Source of the DNA: Sphyrna mokarran
Taxonomy: Eukaryota
Assembly (NCBI GenBank): GCA_024679065.1
Contig: JAGIQG010000014.1
Span: 75,950,001-76,014,000, forward strand
Direction: 5' to 3'
Length of the DNA: 64,000 nt
How positions within the stretch are numbered: the first letter of the stretch is position 1; the number at the start of each line of letters is the position of its first letter. Below, piece after piece: positions 32,637-45,630 of the stretch. The notes under the pieces were generated by a model. The model saw nothing but the letters and a program-made list of their open reading frames with translations. It was not told where the DNA came from and made no database searches. Position numbers and translations under genes: made by a program.

Positions 32637-32920
32637 ATAGAACATAGAACATAGAACATTACAGCACAGAACAGACCCTTCGGCCTTCGATGTTGCGCCG
32701 ACCAATATAAAAAGCAATGCCCCTCCAAACTAAATCATTCCCTTCTCTTCCATATACTTATCAACTAACCTCTTAAACGCCACCAAACTTGGCGCATCTA
32801 CAACCGCTGCAGGCAGGGCCTTCCACTCCCGAACCACCCTTTGGGTAAAGAACCTGCCTCTGATATCCGTCCTATAACTATCACCCCTTAATTTAAAGCT
32901 GTGTCCCCTCGTGCTAGCAA
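32637..32920 (-). mobile_element. CR1 3' fragment (same family as 668-803 and 10514-10727)
   Basis: (AGAACAT)n tail and the shared string CTAACCTCTTAAACGCCACCAAACTTGGCGCATCTACAAC. Confidence 0.8.
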
Positions 32921-33121
32921 AGACTAGTTTCTAGTCACCCTGGTCGCAGCATGCTAATTCTAATCAACTAATGTCGCATGTGTGTGACTGCCAGATCATT
33001 TTCAATTGGTCAGGCATTCTTATATTGTAAGATTGCAATTAAAATGCAGAAAAAACTGACGTGGGCCAATTCAATATTTGCAAACTATATACCATGAGTT
33101 TTTTTTTGCCAATTCGATATA

Positions 33122-33467
33122 AAACATAGAGACATAGAAAAACTATGGCACAAACAGGCTCTTCAGTCCACAAGTTGCGCCGATCATACCTGTACCTACA
33201 AGTTTACCTACAACCTTCAATCCTACTAAGTCCCATGTACTCATTCAGAAGTCTCTTAAAAAACCCTATTGAATCCGCCTCCTCCACCACTGCCGGCAGC
33301 CGATTCCACGCACTCACCACCTCTGAGTGAAAAACTTACTCCTCTATACCTTGTCTTCAGCACCCTAAGTCTGTGTCCTCTTGTGCCAGCCATTTCAGCC
33401 CTGGGAGAAAGCCTCTGAGAATCCATCCCATCAATACCTGTCAACATCTTACATACCTCTATCAGGT
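33122..33467 (-). mobile_element. CR1 3' fragment
   Basis: ORF 33256..33447 (GIDGMDSQRLSPRAEMAGTRGHRLRV) is the CR1 ORF2 C-terminus. Confidence 0.75.
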
Positions 33468-34719
33468 AATAGGAGTGCCATATTTCTCTGAATTAGTATT
33501 CAGATACCAGTGGAATGAGAGCTATTCACATGGAAAACCAGTAGAAATAAACCCTTCCTTTTTGGGAGACGCTTCAGCTGAAACCTCTGTTCAATTGCAG
33601 TCAGCCTTTAGTTCCTTTGCGCTCTCAAGGCATGGACAAAGTCTGGCGCCTATAATACCTGGCCCTTAATAGCAAAAGCAATTATAATTTCATCCAAATA
33701 ATCTGAGCTGAATTGAGCTCTCTACAATATGTAGTATGAGCCGTGTCCTGATGCAATGTGCTATCTGCCTTGGATTCTAAATTACAGCAAACCGTGTTAA
33801 AACTGCAGCCACCGTGATCGAGCATTAGAAAAGAAAGCTGTGGCTTTGGTAGACCACGGCAACATAAGCGCAATGAAATAGTCATGTAGAGTGGACTGGC
33901 CAGATATTCTTCAGGCTTCTATAAACTGACCAGCTCGGGACCCAAGGGCAGCTAATCAGTTGCAATATTGTATTCCAAAGAAATCTCATTAACATTACTT
34001 AATATTCTAGTCCACCTACCATCTAAATTTTGAGGAAATTTCTGAATTAAGTGAAAGCTATAGAGAAGTGACGTGATAAACCACTCTTCGAAGTGATTGG
34101 CTGCAGCATAAAATATAATAGCATTATCTAAGAATTAACTTAGATGGCAAATAAACAGTTATTGTTAATGATATTTTCAAAGGACATTTGAGAACAGTCT
34201 AGGAAGGAGATTAGCTCTAGATTTTAAGACTCATCGAATGGACAGCAGTTTACCCAGAGGAAATTGGAATTGTCTTGCTGCCTGAAGGCTGTCAGTGACT
34301 TTTCTACAATTCAAGACAATTCCATGTTGGATGAACGGACATTCAAAGCATCCTGGTATTGATTATTTGGAACTCCCACACTGATATAATAACCATTAAC
34401 GTCTAACCAAGCGTCTTAGAGGACCTGTCAATTTCCTAGTCTATTGTCAAAGAAAATATTCTGTTCTTGCACTGTTATGTGTGTGTTTGGAGCTCCTTAT
34501 AAGAAACTTGCATTTCAACATTTAGAACCTGTTGAATGAAGTCAACATTTCCGGTGTATTTAAATTTAGAAAGGATCAATAGATCTTACTGGCGTATTCT
34601 TCATGAACATTTCTTAGTGTCACCTGATGTGTGGGTAGGTAGTGAGGTGATGGAAAAATGATTATTTTCAGGGTGGCACTTAACAAAAGTTCTTCAAAGC
34701 ACGAAACGTATTTGACATG

Positions 34720-36030
34720 GATGAAAATAAATGAATATGATCTCTTTAAAAATGAAAGGAAAATGGGAGTATTCATGTACCAAACAGTGAAATGCTAATG
34801 TAACCATATTATTTGAGAAGGGAGGCAAAGTGAAACAGGGAACTGCAGACCAGCCAGCCTGACGGCAGTACTGGGGAAAATTCTAGGGGCCGTTATTAAT
34901 CATTTATAGCAGGGCACCTGAAAAACGATGGTAGAATCATTTACAGTCCGTACGGATTTACAAAAGGGAAATCATGCTTGACAAATCTACTAAAATTCTT
35001 CGAGGATGTAATTAATAGAGTTGGTGACGGGGAACCAGTGCATCAGATTTATTTGGACTTTGAGAATTTTTTGATAAAGTGCCACATCAGCGATCAGTGT
35101 GTAAAATTGAAGCTCATGTGATTGGGAGTAATGCATTTCGATGGGTAGGAAATTGGTGGACAAAAAGAAAACAAAGATTAGGAATAAATGGCTATTCTTC
35201 CAAATGGCAGAGTTATTTGTGGGGTACCATAGTTTTTTGGTTCTTGGACCGCAGCTGTTCACTGTATTTATTAATGATTTAGATTGGGAAATCTGCACTG
35301 AATCTCCGAAAAGGCATCACATCCAGGCCCATCACCGTGCTCCTGCATGTCTTTTACCATAATTCTATGTATTTACCATGGCTAATCCATCTAGCGTACT
35401 ATTCTTTGGACACTAAAGTGCAATTTAGCGGGATTGAATTTCATTGCCATTGATCAGTCCACCTGAGCAACCCATCTATATCTTCCTGTAATGTGAGACT
35501 GTCCTCCTTATTAGTTACCATCTCATCAATTTTTGTATTGCCTGTGAAGTTACTGATCAACTCTTTGACATTCAAATCAAATATCATTGTGCAAATGCAT
35601 GCCAGATGCAGTACGAATAAATGTGAGGTTAACCACTTTGGTAGCAAAACTAGAAGGCAGATTATTACCTGAATGGCTATAATTTAAGAGAGGGGTATTT
35701 TCAAAGAGATCTGGGTGTCCTCATACATCAGTCGATGAAGGTAAGCATGCAGCTGGAGCAGGCGTTAAAGAATCCAAATTATATGGCGACATTTGTGTAC
35801 AGGAGCAGGGACGTTGTGCTGCAGACATACAAGTGAGGCCTTGGTGAGGCTACACTTGGAATATTGTGTACGCTATTCGTCTTCATATTTGAGGAAAGAT
35901 GTTCTTGCTATAGATGTAGTACAGAAAAGGTTTAACAGAATGATCCCTGGTATGGTGGGATTGACATAGGGAGCAGATTTGAAGGGCCGAATGATTCACT
36001 CCTGCTCATATTTCCTATGTTTCTTTGTTT
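34720..36030 (+). mobile_element. Decayed CR1 RT fragment with an internal minus-strand SINE/CR1 segment (~35300-35590)
   Basis: GFTKGKSCLTNLLKFFE, LGPQLFTVFINDLD and RDLGV motifs; tail ACTCCTGCTCATATTTCCTATG. Confidence 0.7.
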
Positions 36031-36872
36031 TTAAAATCCAAGCAATAAGAAGTGAGAAGTGATATCACAAATTAAGAATGCAGAAGCACCTGGTCGTTAA
36101 TGGTTTAGAGACATTATAACTTTTGCAAAGTAATTATATAGTTAATTTTGGAATGTGGTTTGTGATATAGATGAAGATGCATTTCCTGTCTTAGATCTTG
36201 TAAGATGACTATGATTATTTTAGACGTTGAGAATTGTGTTTTTGAGCACCTTAAGGACCAAGATATATGGTTCATTTCCATTTCAAAAAAAAAGAGGATA
36301 CTGGGGTTCATGTATGCACGCTTTTGAAAAACAGAACACCACAGGTGAAATTGAAGTCAACAAAATATTAACTTGGACCTTAGTGCAAGACCAAGGACGG
36401 TGTGTTTTAGAGAACATAATATTCGAAATTTATGCAATGTTCCAGATCAAAAAACAACTTTCCTGAGATTAGTGCATATGTGGCACAGAGAATGGAGTTT
36501 AACATGGATCAACTAATATACTAATAGGATGGTTTGCTGAAAGTCTGAGAGAGAAGTGAAGGGTTATGGAAATCTCAATACTGTGGTGCCAATTGTTCAT
36601 TTTTAATGGAGATTAAGGAAATAATTTAGTCTGTAGTATTGCTGGAAATAGTGAAATGTAATTGACATTTTTCATCTTGAACTTGTCAGCACAAATGCAA
36701 GAATGGTAATATTTAAAGGGAATAACAATTTACGCTGCATGAGAAAGTAGTGCTGATTGGTGGTCAACTGACTATGATTGGTTGAGGCATTCCCATGAGA
36801 TCTATTGACCTCCATGATTTGTTCAATCCGAAACAAACCGCAATGCTAGACAAGATTCTTTTGTAGTCAACG

Positions 36873-37048
36873 CCACTAGCTTTTGGAGTGCTGCTTCTTC
36901 GTCAGGTGAGTGCCCACTCACCTGATGAAGGAGCAGCACTTTGAAAGCTAGTGGTATCCACTACCAAATAAAGCTTTTGGACTTTAATCTGGTGTTGTGA
37001 GACGTCTTTCTGTATTTACTCCAGTCCAATGCCAGCATCTCCACATCA
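36873..37048 (+). mobile_element. Penelope-like element terminal repeat with inverted 5' copy and hammerhead ribozyme motif
   Basis: CACCTGATGAAGGAGCAGCACTTTGAAAGCTAGTG, then CCAAATAAA...CTGGTGTTGTGAGA...CCAGTCCAATGCCAGCATCTCCACATC; the hammerhead segment is preceded by its own reverse complement. Confidence 0.8.
36917..36954 (+). ncRNA. Minimal hammerhead ribozyme motif (probably decayed)
   Basis: CUGAUGA at 36922-36928, stem II GGAG/CUUU, GAAA at 36943-36946, palindromic AGCU, CUA cleavage triplet, stem I CAC/GUG. Confidence 0.6.
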
Positions 37049-37639
37049 CAAGTTCCTTTTCCTATCAGAACACAGTTCCTTGAGTATGAATATGTAGCAA
37101 GCATAGTGGGAATCATTGTGAGCCCAAATGATATTTATATTGATTTCTTCTTAGTACACTCTGGGTTGCTCAGCAAATGTCCGATTGCAGATTCCCATTC
37201 AATGTTAGACATTATGTAAGAGTTTTGCAAGTATGTGATGGTTGAATATCTTTATGAGCTAAATAAATTCTTATTTTATATGGTTTGCTGGTTTTGGGAT
37301 GTATGGCCTTTTTGCATGATATTATATCATACTAAAAGCCATATACCCATTACTCGTTTGTGGAGCTGGAAAACTTATTTTTGGCTTTATGGCCGTAAAT
37401 TGCAAGCAAAATGTGTAACTTGTTCCCACTGCATCGTAGCTGTCTGGAGCAGCAAGCTTCAACTGTTACTATTTTTCTTACTGCAATAATTAAACCTTTG
37501 AAGGTTATTTGAAGTAGATTTCTCACTATCTATACAGCTATTCAATATTCAACCAGCCCATGCTTGTTAAACTTCGAGCATAATTTCGAACATTAAATGT
37601 GACTCTGCCAATGGCAAGACTGGGTCACCAACCCACGGT

Positions 37640-37950
37640 CACAGAGTCATAAAAGTTTACAGCATGGAAGTAGACCGTTCGGCAAAATTTGTCCATGCCA
37701 CCCTTTCTTTAAACACCAAAGCTGGTCCCAATTGCCCGCATTTGGCCCATTTGCCTCTATACTCATCTTATTTGCTTTTTAAAAGACAAAATTATATCCA
37801 CTTCTACTGCTACCTCTGGCAACTTGTTCCAGATACTTACCACCCTCTGTGTAAAGCAATTGCCCCTCCAGACAGTTCCGTATCTCTCCCCTCTTCCTTA
37901 AACCTATGCCCTCCAGTTTTAGACTCCCCTATATTTGGAAAAATATATTG
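37640..37950 (-). mobile_element. CR1 3' fragment
   Basis: The minus strand encodes IFPNIGESKTGGHRFK; tail CACAGAGTCATA...CCGTTCGGC. Confidence 0.7.
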
Positions 37951-38693
37951 ATTATCTGGCTGAACTATGACCCTTAGAGTCTGGGAAGAATTGCAATAAA
38001 AACAATTTAAAATGATCGGTTGGGCCCGCAATGTTGCTTCCTTTGGCATGCTGCAAGCTTCATAAATTCATTTGCAGAATGCTGTCGCCTGCAAAGAAAA
38101 GGAATATGCCTACGCCATTTTCAAATTATCAGGAGCAAGTGTACGTGTTTGTCTGGGTTTGGGGGATGGAGTGGAGGAGGCTCTGGGGAGGAGAGGGAGT
38201 GGAGGAGTGGGAGAGCAAGAGTACCTTCGTGCATTCGCCATGGCAACATCTCGACCAATCCGAGTCGATATACCAAGCTATCGTCATTCTTCCCGTCATG
38301 CAGTATAAATAATTTCTGCCCTTCAAAACCTTGTTTTTTTTCTCTTTCCGAAGAGTAAAAGGCTGAAAGTTTTTCACGGTGTGTCTTTTTTTTCATCAAA
38401 ACTCAATACTGAGTGGTGTAAAGCATAAATTTAGTCTCTCTTCAGTGAAAAACGAAAGTAACATTGGAATGGTAAGATATGACAAAATACCCATTCAATG
38501 CTTATAAATTGGATTTAAATTATTGGTCTAATTAGCAATGCAAATTACCCATGTACTTCTCATTTGTGTTTTGAGTGCGTCTGTCAGATACGCGACAAAA
38601 CGGACTCTTAAGGTATCCCTTCTAACGACGCTGCAGCATTCCTGTACCAAAACAATGCTGATTGGTGATAGGTAATCACGACCTTATTTTTAA

Positions 38694-38910
38694 TTGTGCA
38701 ACAAAAATTTAAACACCCGCGTTTATTTTAGAACGTTCAGCTTTAAGAATTGAAGGCAAATTTGATTGGGCGAATTACAATATACATCTGTTCACCAATC
38801 AAAAGCTGAGCTGTGACTGGGGATCCGGACTGCCCCCTTCACTACCCATCCACCATCACGCACGAACAGATGCAGTATAACATTGGATAGCGAACAGCTC
38901 GGCAGCATTT
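38694..38910 (+). promoter_or_regulatory. Variable-exon promoter 4
   Basis: Same motif order; ATTGG 38765, CCAAT 38795, ATTGG 38882. Confidence 0.85.
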
Positions 38911-39100
38911 CTGTACGAATCCATTGGCAATTTTAGACAAAAATAGAGGATTCTACTGAAATAATCCAAGCGATTCAAACAGCAATCAGATATTAATTGC
39001 ATATCAGTTTTTCCAGGCTTGAAATATATAGATACGACTATAAAAGGATAATTGATGGTAAGAGCGCGTTCTGAAACAAGGGGAATGTTTTTCGCTGGAA

Positions 39101-41569
39101 ATGAAACATAAAATATATTGGTTGCTAAAATGCCAATTATTTTATTGTCTATTCTCCTCGTGGAATCTCGTGTTTGGGCAGATTCGTTACTCGATTCCTG
39201 AAGAACTGCAACTGGGCGCCTTTGTTGGGAATATCGCAGATGATTTGGGTTTAGATTTAAAGCAGCTCTCGGCTCGCAGTTTTCGGATTGTACACGGGCC
39301 CAGGAAACAATATGTGGATATAAATATGGGCACAGGCGTTTTATTTGTGAAGGAGAAAATTGACAGAGAACAGATTTGCCGAACAAGTTTGAGTTGTGTA
39401 ATATCTTTGGACTGTTTGCTTGAAAATCCCTTAAAACTGTATCAGGTTGCAGTAGAAATTATCGATGTGAATGACAATGCTCCCAGTTTCCCAAAAACAC
39501 AATTCGGTCTGGAAATCTCAGAGCTTTCTACACCGGGAACGCGCTTTCCCCTCGAGTCCGCACACGATCCCGATATTGGAACAAACTCCTTACAAACCTA
39601 TGAGCTTCTCCTGAACGATTATTTCATTCTCGATGTTCAAATGCGCAGTGAAGAAGGCAAGTTGCCAGTATTGGTGCTGCAGAATTCCCTGGACAGAGAA
39701 ACGGAAAGCAGCCTCACTTTAACATTAATAGCCAAGGATGGAGGAGCTCCTGTGAGGTCGGGTATGGCTCAGGTCTCAATCATTGTCAAGGATACAAACG
39801 ACAATGCCCCTGTTTTTCCACAGTCAGTTTACAGAGTCACCCTATTGGAAAGTGCACCCACAGGAACTCGGGTAATCATATTAAATGCTACTGACTTGGA
39901 CGATGGTCCTAATGGAGATATAACGTACTCGTTCAGTAGCCATAATTCTGCTCGAGCTCGAGAAATGTTTGATGTGGATCCTAAAACTGGTGAAATCAGA
40001 GTGAAAGGGAAACTAGATTATGAAGAGAACAAGGCTTTCGAGATTAACATACAAGCCATGGATAACGGTCCCGACGCAGTGGCCGAGCACTGTGATCTGT
40101 TTGTGAATGTTATTGATGTGAATGATAACGCACCTGAGATAACATTGACGTCATTGTCCAGCACAGTTTCAGAAGATGCTCCAATTGGAACTGTAGCCGC
40201 CCTGCTCAGTGGAACAGATAAAGATTCGGGGCGAAATGGGCAGGTACAATGTCAAATTTCAAATAAACTCCCTTTTAAACTCGATTCTTCTTTGAAGAAT
40301 TATTATGAATTACTTGTTCAACATCCACTGGACCGTGAAAATGCCTCCCAGTATGACGTCACAATAACATGTACGGATGCAGGAAATCCTCCTCTGACAT
40401 CCAAAAAAACCATTCGGGTAGAAGTTTCAGATATAAATGACAATGCCCCACGGTTTACCCAACCTTCATACACAGCAAGTGTCATGGAGAACAATGTTAT
40501 TGGCGCTTCTATATTTTCCATTACAGCATTTGATCCAGATGTTGGACAGAACGCTCGACTTAAATACTCTATTCTGGAGACACACGTTGAGAATGCCTCG
40601 GTGTCCACTTACATCTCTATTAACTCGGAGACTGGGGTCATTATTGCTGAGAGATCTTTTGACTACGAAAAATTGAAAAACTTTCAATTTCAAGCTCGGG
40701 TCACAGACTCTGGAACCATACGGCTCACCAGTAATGTCTCAGTGAATATTGTTATCCTTGATCAGAATGACAACGTTCCTGTGATCGTGCACCCATTAGC
40801 TGAGTATGGCTCAACAGTAACAGAAACAATTTCCAGGTTTGCAGGACCAGGCTATTTAGTTGCTAAGGTAACGGCCACTGATGCTGACGCCGGGCAAAAC
40901 TCTCACCTATCTTATTCCATTTTCCAGGCTACCCAGCATAACCTTTTTACTATTTCACCAGACACCGGGGAAATTTGGACTATCCGTCGTATTGAGAATA
41001 AAGATGCCTCGAAGCAAAGGTTAGTGATTGTGGCAAAAGACAATGGAACACCATCATTTTCTTCCATAGTGACCATCATCTTATCTGTGGTAGGTGGAGA
41101 CACTGAAACATTCTCCAGCGTCAGTGAATTATCTGATGATGCAGGATTCACTCCTGATTTAAGTCTTTCCTTAGTCATAGGATTAGGAGTAACTTCTACC
41201 ATTTTTCTGATGATTTTAATTATCCTCGCAGTGAAAGTTCATCAAAGCAGAAGTGCGTTTGGATGTCAAGCCTGTTCACTGGGTGTTTGCTGCTGCTTTG
41301 AAACAAGACACTCTCGAAATGGAATTCAAAAGGCCAGCAGAAATCTTCAGGTAGCACCCAACTATGTTGAGGTATTCGGAGGTGATCCACTTTCTCAGAG
41401 TTTCCGCTATGAGTCATGTTCAACATTGCAGTCAAAAACAAAAGGCTTCAAAACTCCCAACACATGCAGGCCATCAACAGACAAGAATTATCTGCACAAT
41501 GAGCCTGTGAGGCAAGAACACCTGGGAATATTTATCTCTGAAGATTACGGCAACTCTTTAAACACCGAG
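39101..41569 (+). CDS. Clustered protocadherin variable exon 4 (823 codons)
   Basis: Intact ORF from 39101; donor GAG|GTGAGA at 41569/41570. Confidence 0.95.
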
Positions 41570-42094
41570 GTGAGATTCTTTGAAAAAGTACATAAAATCT
41601 TCATACTTTTGATTTGAATGTATAGACGTGTTTGAGTATATCCTGCGCAGAGTTCATTCTAGGGTCAAAGAAATTGTTTTAAACCTACGAGTACAGTTTT
41701 CTGCACTTTCCATTTCTTGTCATTGTCCAAGAGGCATTACAATGCTATCTCCTCAAGCACATTTGTGTTCTCCCGCGATTAGATGAAATTTATTAGTTGT
41801 TTAAGCCAAATTTAAAACCTGTTCTCGAATTCCACATTGCCTGTCGATGCTTTATGAACCCAATTTAGTTACATGTATTGGAATTGTTGACTTTCTTCCA
41901 CAGACATTAAACATTTCAATAATTTGAGGAATTATACACATTCACAAAACCTGCCAGTGCAGAACAATTTCCTTTTCGTTGATATTAGGACACTAGTTCA
42001 GTAGGCCTTGTTAACCAATCCGTTATGTCCTAGTTATCAGAGTTTCAATTTGGTAGTTCTCACAAACTTGTATCAACATCTTGAGACTCACCAT

Positions 42095-42710
42095 TCACCG
42101 GACCAGATCTATAAATATGTTGTCAAAGATTGGGAATTCTGTGGAGAATAATTCACCTCCTGACTCCCTAATCCTCTGAACCATCTCCAAGACACGAGTT
42201 AACATAATGGAATACTCCCATTTGCTTAACTCCAACAATGCTCAAAACTGTATCAACACTATTCAGAACAAATCAGTTTTTTGACCATCGCAGCAGCCAC
42301 AAGCTTACACATTCAATCTTTCCACTGCCAATGCAAAACAACAACAACGTATGCCATCTTCTGAATGCACCACAACACAGCAATGCTCCTTCGACAGCAC
42401 CTCCCAATCCCTCTTTTTTTTACCATCTAGAAGGACAAGAGCAGCACATGCATGGGATATTGTCACCTGCAAGTTCCCCTCAAGTCACATACATCGTGTT
42501 TTGGAAACATACCACTTTTCTATCAACGTCACTGGGCCAAATTCCTGGAATTTCCACCCAAACAGCAATGTGTATGTTTCTACAGCACACATGGATTGCA
42601 GTAGTTCACGAAGGTCGCTCACTTTCACCTCCTCAAGGCCAATTTGGTGAGAGTAATAAACACTGATCTACCCAACGATGCATACATCCCATGAGTGCGT
42701 AAAAATGTCA
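42095..42710 (+). mobile_element. Decayed LINE 3' end (L2/CR1-group), duplicated at ~50105-50720
   Basis: Shared strings CACCTGCAA(G/A)TTCCCCTC, TGGGCCAAATTCCT and CTCAAGGCCAATT in both spacers. Confidence 0.65.
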
Positions 42711-43439
42711 TGGTTTGAAGTGTCTAATCGTTCAGTATTGATCAGATATTCGCACATTATTTGACTTCTCTAGCAGCTGGGAAACTGATTTTAGGTCATG
42801 ATAATATTTCAAACATATTCATTTTGAATCTTCCTTTTGTCAGCAGGGCACAAGCGTCACTTTTCTTTGGGCTAATATTTAGGTTTCAGTGCCAGAACTC
42901 ACATAAGCAACTGAAAAGTATTTCATCACATGCTGCCTCCTTCTTTGTAAATGGCGCAGATGCTTTGGAGAGTCAGGAGGTAAATCATTCTCCACAAATT
43001 TCCCGGCCTTTTACTGCTGTTGTCGGCAACATATTTGTTTATCTGGTACACAGAGAAGGAACAGTGATAAATTTCCAAGTCTTAGTGAATGATAACCCTG
43101 AGGACGTTGCTATTCGTGAGTGTTGAGACTAACAACTAATACATAAGGACTGGTTAACAGTCCTTTTCACATTCATAAAGACGTGGAGATAATCTTGTTT
43201 TTTTGGAGAGGCTGCAGGTCCAAATCTAATCATTCCTCTGTTCTCATTGCATTCCAAGGCATGGTCAGAGTTTGTTACGTGTAATGTCTAGCTAGCATCA
43301 ACCAAAAAAAAAAGGTTAGATGATTAAATTCAACTAGTCTGTCTGGAACTGAAGCTCCAAGTTAAAAGGAAGAGGGCTGTATGCTCAAATAATTGGCCAA
43401 CCTTTGCTCGTGAATTTGAAATTTGATTAACGTAAAAAA

Positions 43440-44500
43440 AAGTCCCAGCAATCACAGGTCAGTGAGTTTAACATCAGGAGTAGGCAATCTTCTCGAGACA
43501 ATTATTCGGGTAAAACTAGTAGTGACATGGAACAACGTGGGTTGATTAGGCAATTCCAGCATGGATTTCTAAAAGGGAAATCATGTTCGACTAACTTAAA
43601 GGAGTTTTTGAGGAGGCAACAGAAACAGTCGATATTAATGCAGTCGATTTGGATTTTCAGAAGGCATTCGATACAATGACACAACCATGACTTGTGAAAA
43701 ACTTTATGGCTCATGGAATGAAAGGAGAGCAACAACGTGGACACAAAATTGGCTGAATGATAGGAAACAGTGAGTTATAATCAATCGATATCTTTCAGGC
43801 TGGAGAAAGTTTTGTAATGGTGTTCCTCAGTTGTCAGTATTGGATCCTTGCTTTTCCTGAGATATCTTAATGATCTAAAACTTGGTGCATAAGGAACGAT
43901 TTCAAAGTCTGCAGATGATGCAAAACTGGGAAGTACTGTGAAAAAATTCAAGAAAAACATAGAAAGACAAAGTTAGACCTCAGGTGGAATGTTGTGTAGA
44001 GGTCTGGGCGCCACATCATCAGAAAAAAAATGAATCATTGGAAAACAGAGAAGAGCTTGCCAATAATAATTCAAAGGATTCAGTTGTGAGGACGAGTTAG
44101 GACTTTTTCCTGGGAGAGAAAAAGGCAAGAAAAAGGCAAGGAAGAGATTTGATAGAGATGTTAAAAAAAATGAGTGGGTTAAACATAGTATTGAGGATGA
44201 GACAGCACTGATTTAAAGTGATTTGCAGAAGAAGCAAGTGTAAACTTGAGAAAAATCATTTTCATACAATTGGTGTTCAGATCTGGACCGTGTTACCTGG
44301 AAGCATAATGGAGGCAGATTCAATTAATTCATTCAAGAGGGTATTAGATGATTATCTGAATGACAAAAATATGCAGGAGTGTAGGGAAAAGTCAGAGGAA
44401 TGTCACGAAGTCATAATGCTCGTTTGGAGAGCTGGTGCACACTCCAGATTGCCAAATGGTCCTCTTCTACACCGTAACAATTCTGTGATTCTCTGATTAT
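43440..44500 (+). mobile_element. Decayed CR1 RT-to-tail fragment, duplicated at ~51510-52830
   Basis: QHGFLKGKSCSTNL and DFQKAFD motifs; same position in the two paralogous spacers. Confidence 0.75.
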
Positions 44501-45385
44501 GTCAAAATATGCCTCAACTTTACCTGAACCAGATCAACGTGTGTAATTCACCCAGGAGCTTATCAGTTTGGAAAATCATCAGAAAGCATGCTTGCGAAAT
44601 ATTGATGTATAATGTACCTGTTAACATTTGTCAACTTTTTATAAATGTAGCATCCTTGCAGGGACAATTCAACAATTTCAATCTTTAAAATAGAAGTCAC
44701 AAACGATACTAGTGATAACGCACAAGTCCACCTGCCATCCGAATTGAGGAAGTATCTATCAATCTTTCATAGGATGCTGCAAGTGGCAGCCAGGGAACAA
44801 TGAAAACTTAAGATGCTTTTCTTTTGGAAATGATATTCTGCTCTGTAAAATATCGTATAATTTTCAGTTAGTTACCTAAGTCAGAGTAAATAAATAGATA
44901 ATGTTAAAGACGATTATCAATGGACATGTCATATTAATCCGGAAGTAGACTGGTTTTGAAATTTAAGATGCATGGCAATGATGGGAGATTGTCGCATTCA
45001 AATAAAGATTGTCTTGCTGTCAGAGGACTGTGGTAATTTTCCAACAATTCAATACAACGTTACCGATTTAAGATGTTCGGCTATTCTAAAACATTCTGAT
45101 ATTGACCAGTTAGAACTGTTGCACTGAGACCATAGCAGTTAGGAACTAACTAGCTTTACAGCGCCTGGCCGAGATTCATTGTCTGTTGCCAGAATAAGTG
45201 TCCTTCACTTACATCGTTATGTGTAAATGCAAAGTTTTCGCAAGATACCTACATTTTAACATACAGATTGTGTAGAATGAAGTGGACACTCCCACCACCT
45301 CCTCCCCGCCCCTTTAACGTTAGATTGCGAGAAAACATCTTAACATATTTGCTCAAGTACCTTTCTCAGATCCAAATTGCTGTGT

Positions 45386-45630
45386 AAAAGTTAAATTTAA
45401 AGTTTATTTATTAGTCACAAGTAAGACTTACATTGACACTGCAACGAAGTTACTGTGAAATTCCCCTAGTCACCACACTTCGGCACCTGTTTGGGTCAAT
45501 GCAGCTAACCAGCATGTCTTTCAGACTGTGGGAGGAATCTGGAGCACTGAGGGAAGACCCACGCAGACACGGGGAGAACGCACAAGTTCCACACATCGTA
45601 TTGATAGTGTGATATTGATCTTCATAGTGA
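45386..45630 (-). mobile_element. V-domain SINE inserted after the spacer duplication
   Basis: CAGACTGTGGGAGGAATCTGGAGCAC...ACCCACGCAGACACGGGGAGAACG; absent from the paralogous site at ~53710-53720. Confidence 0.8.
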
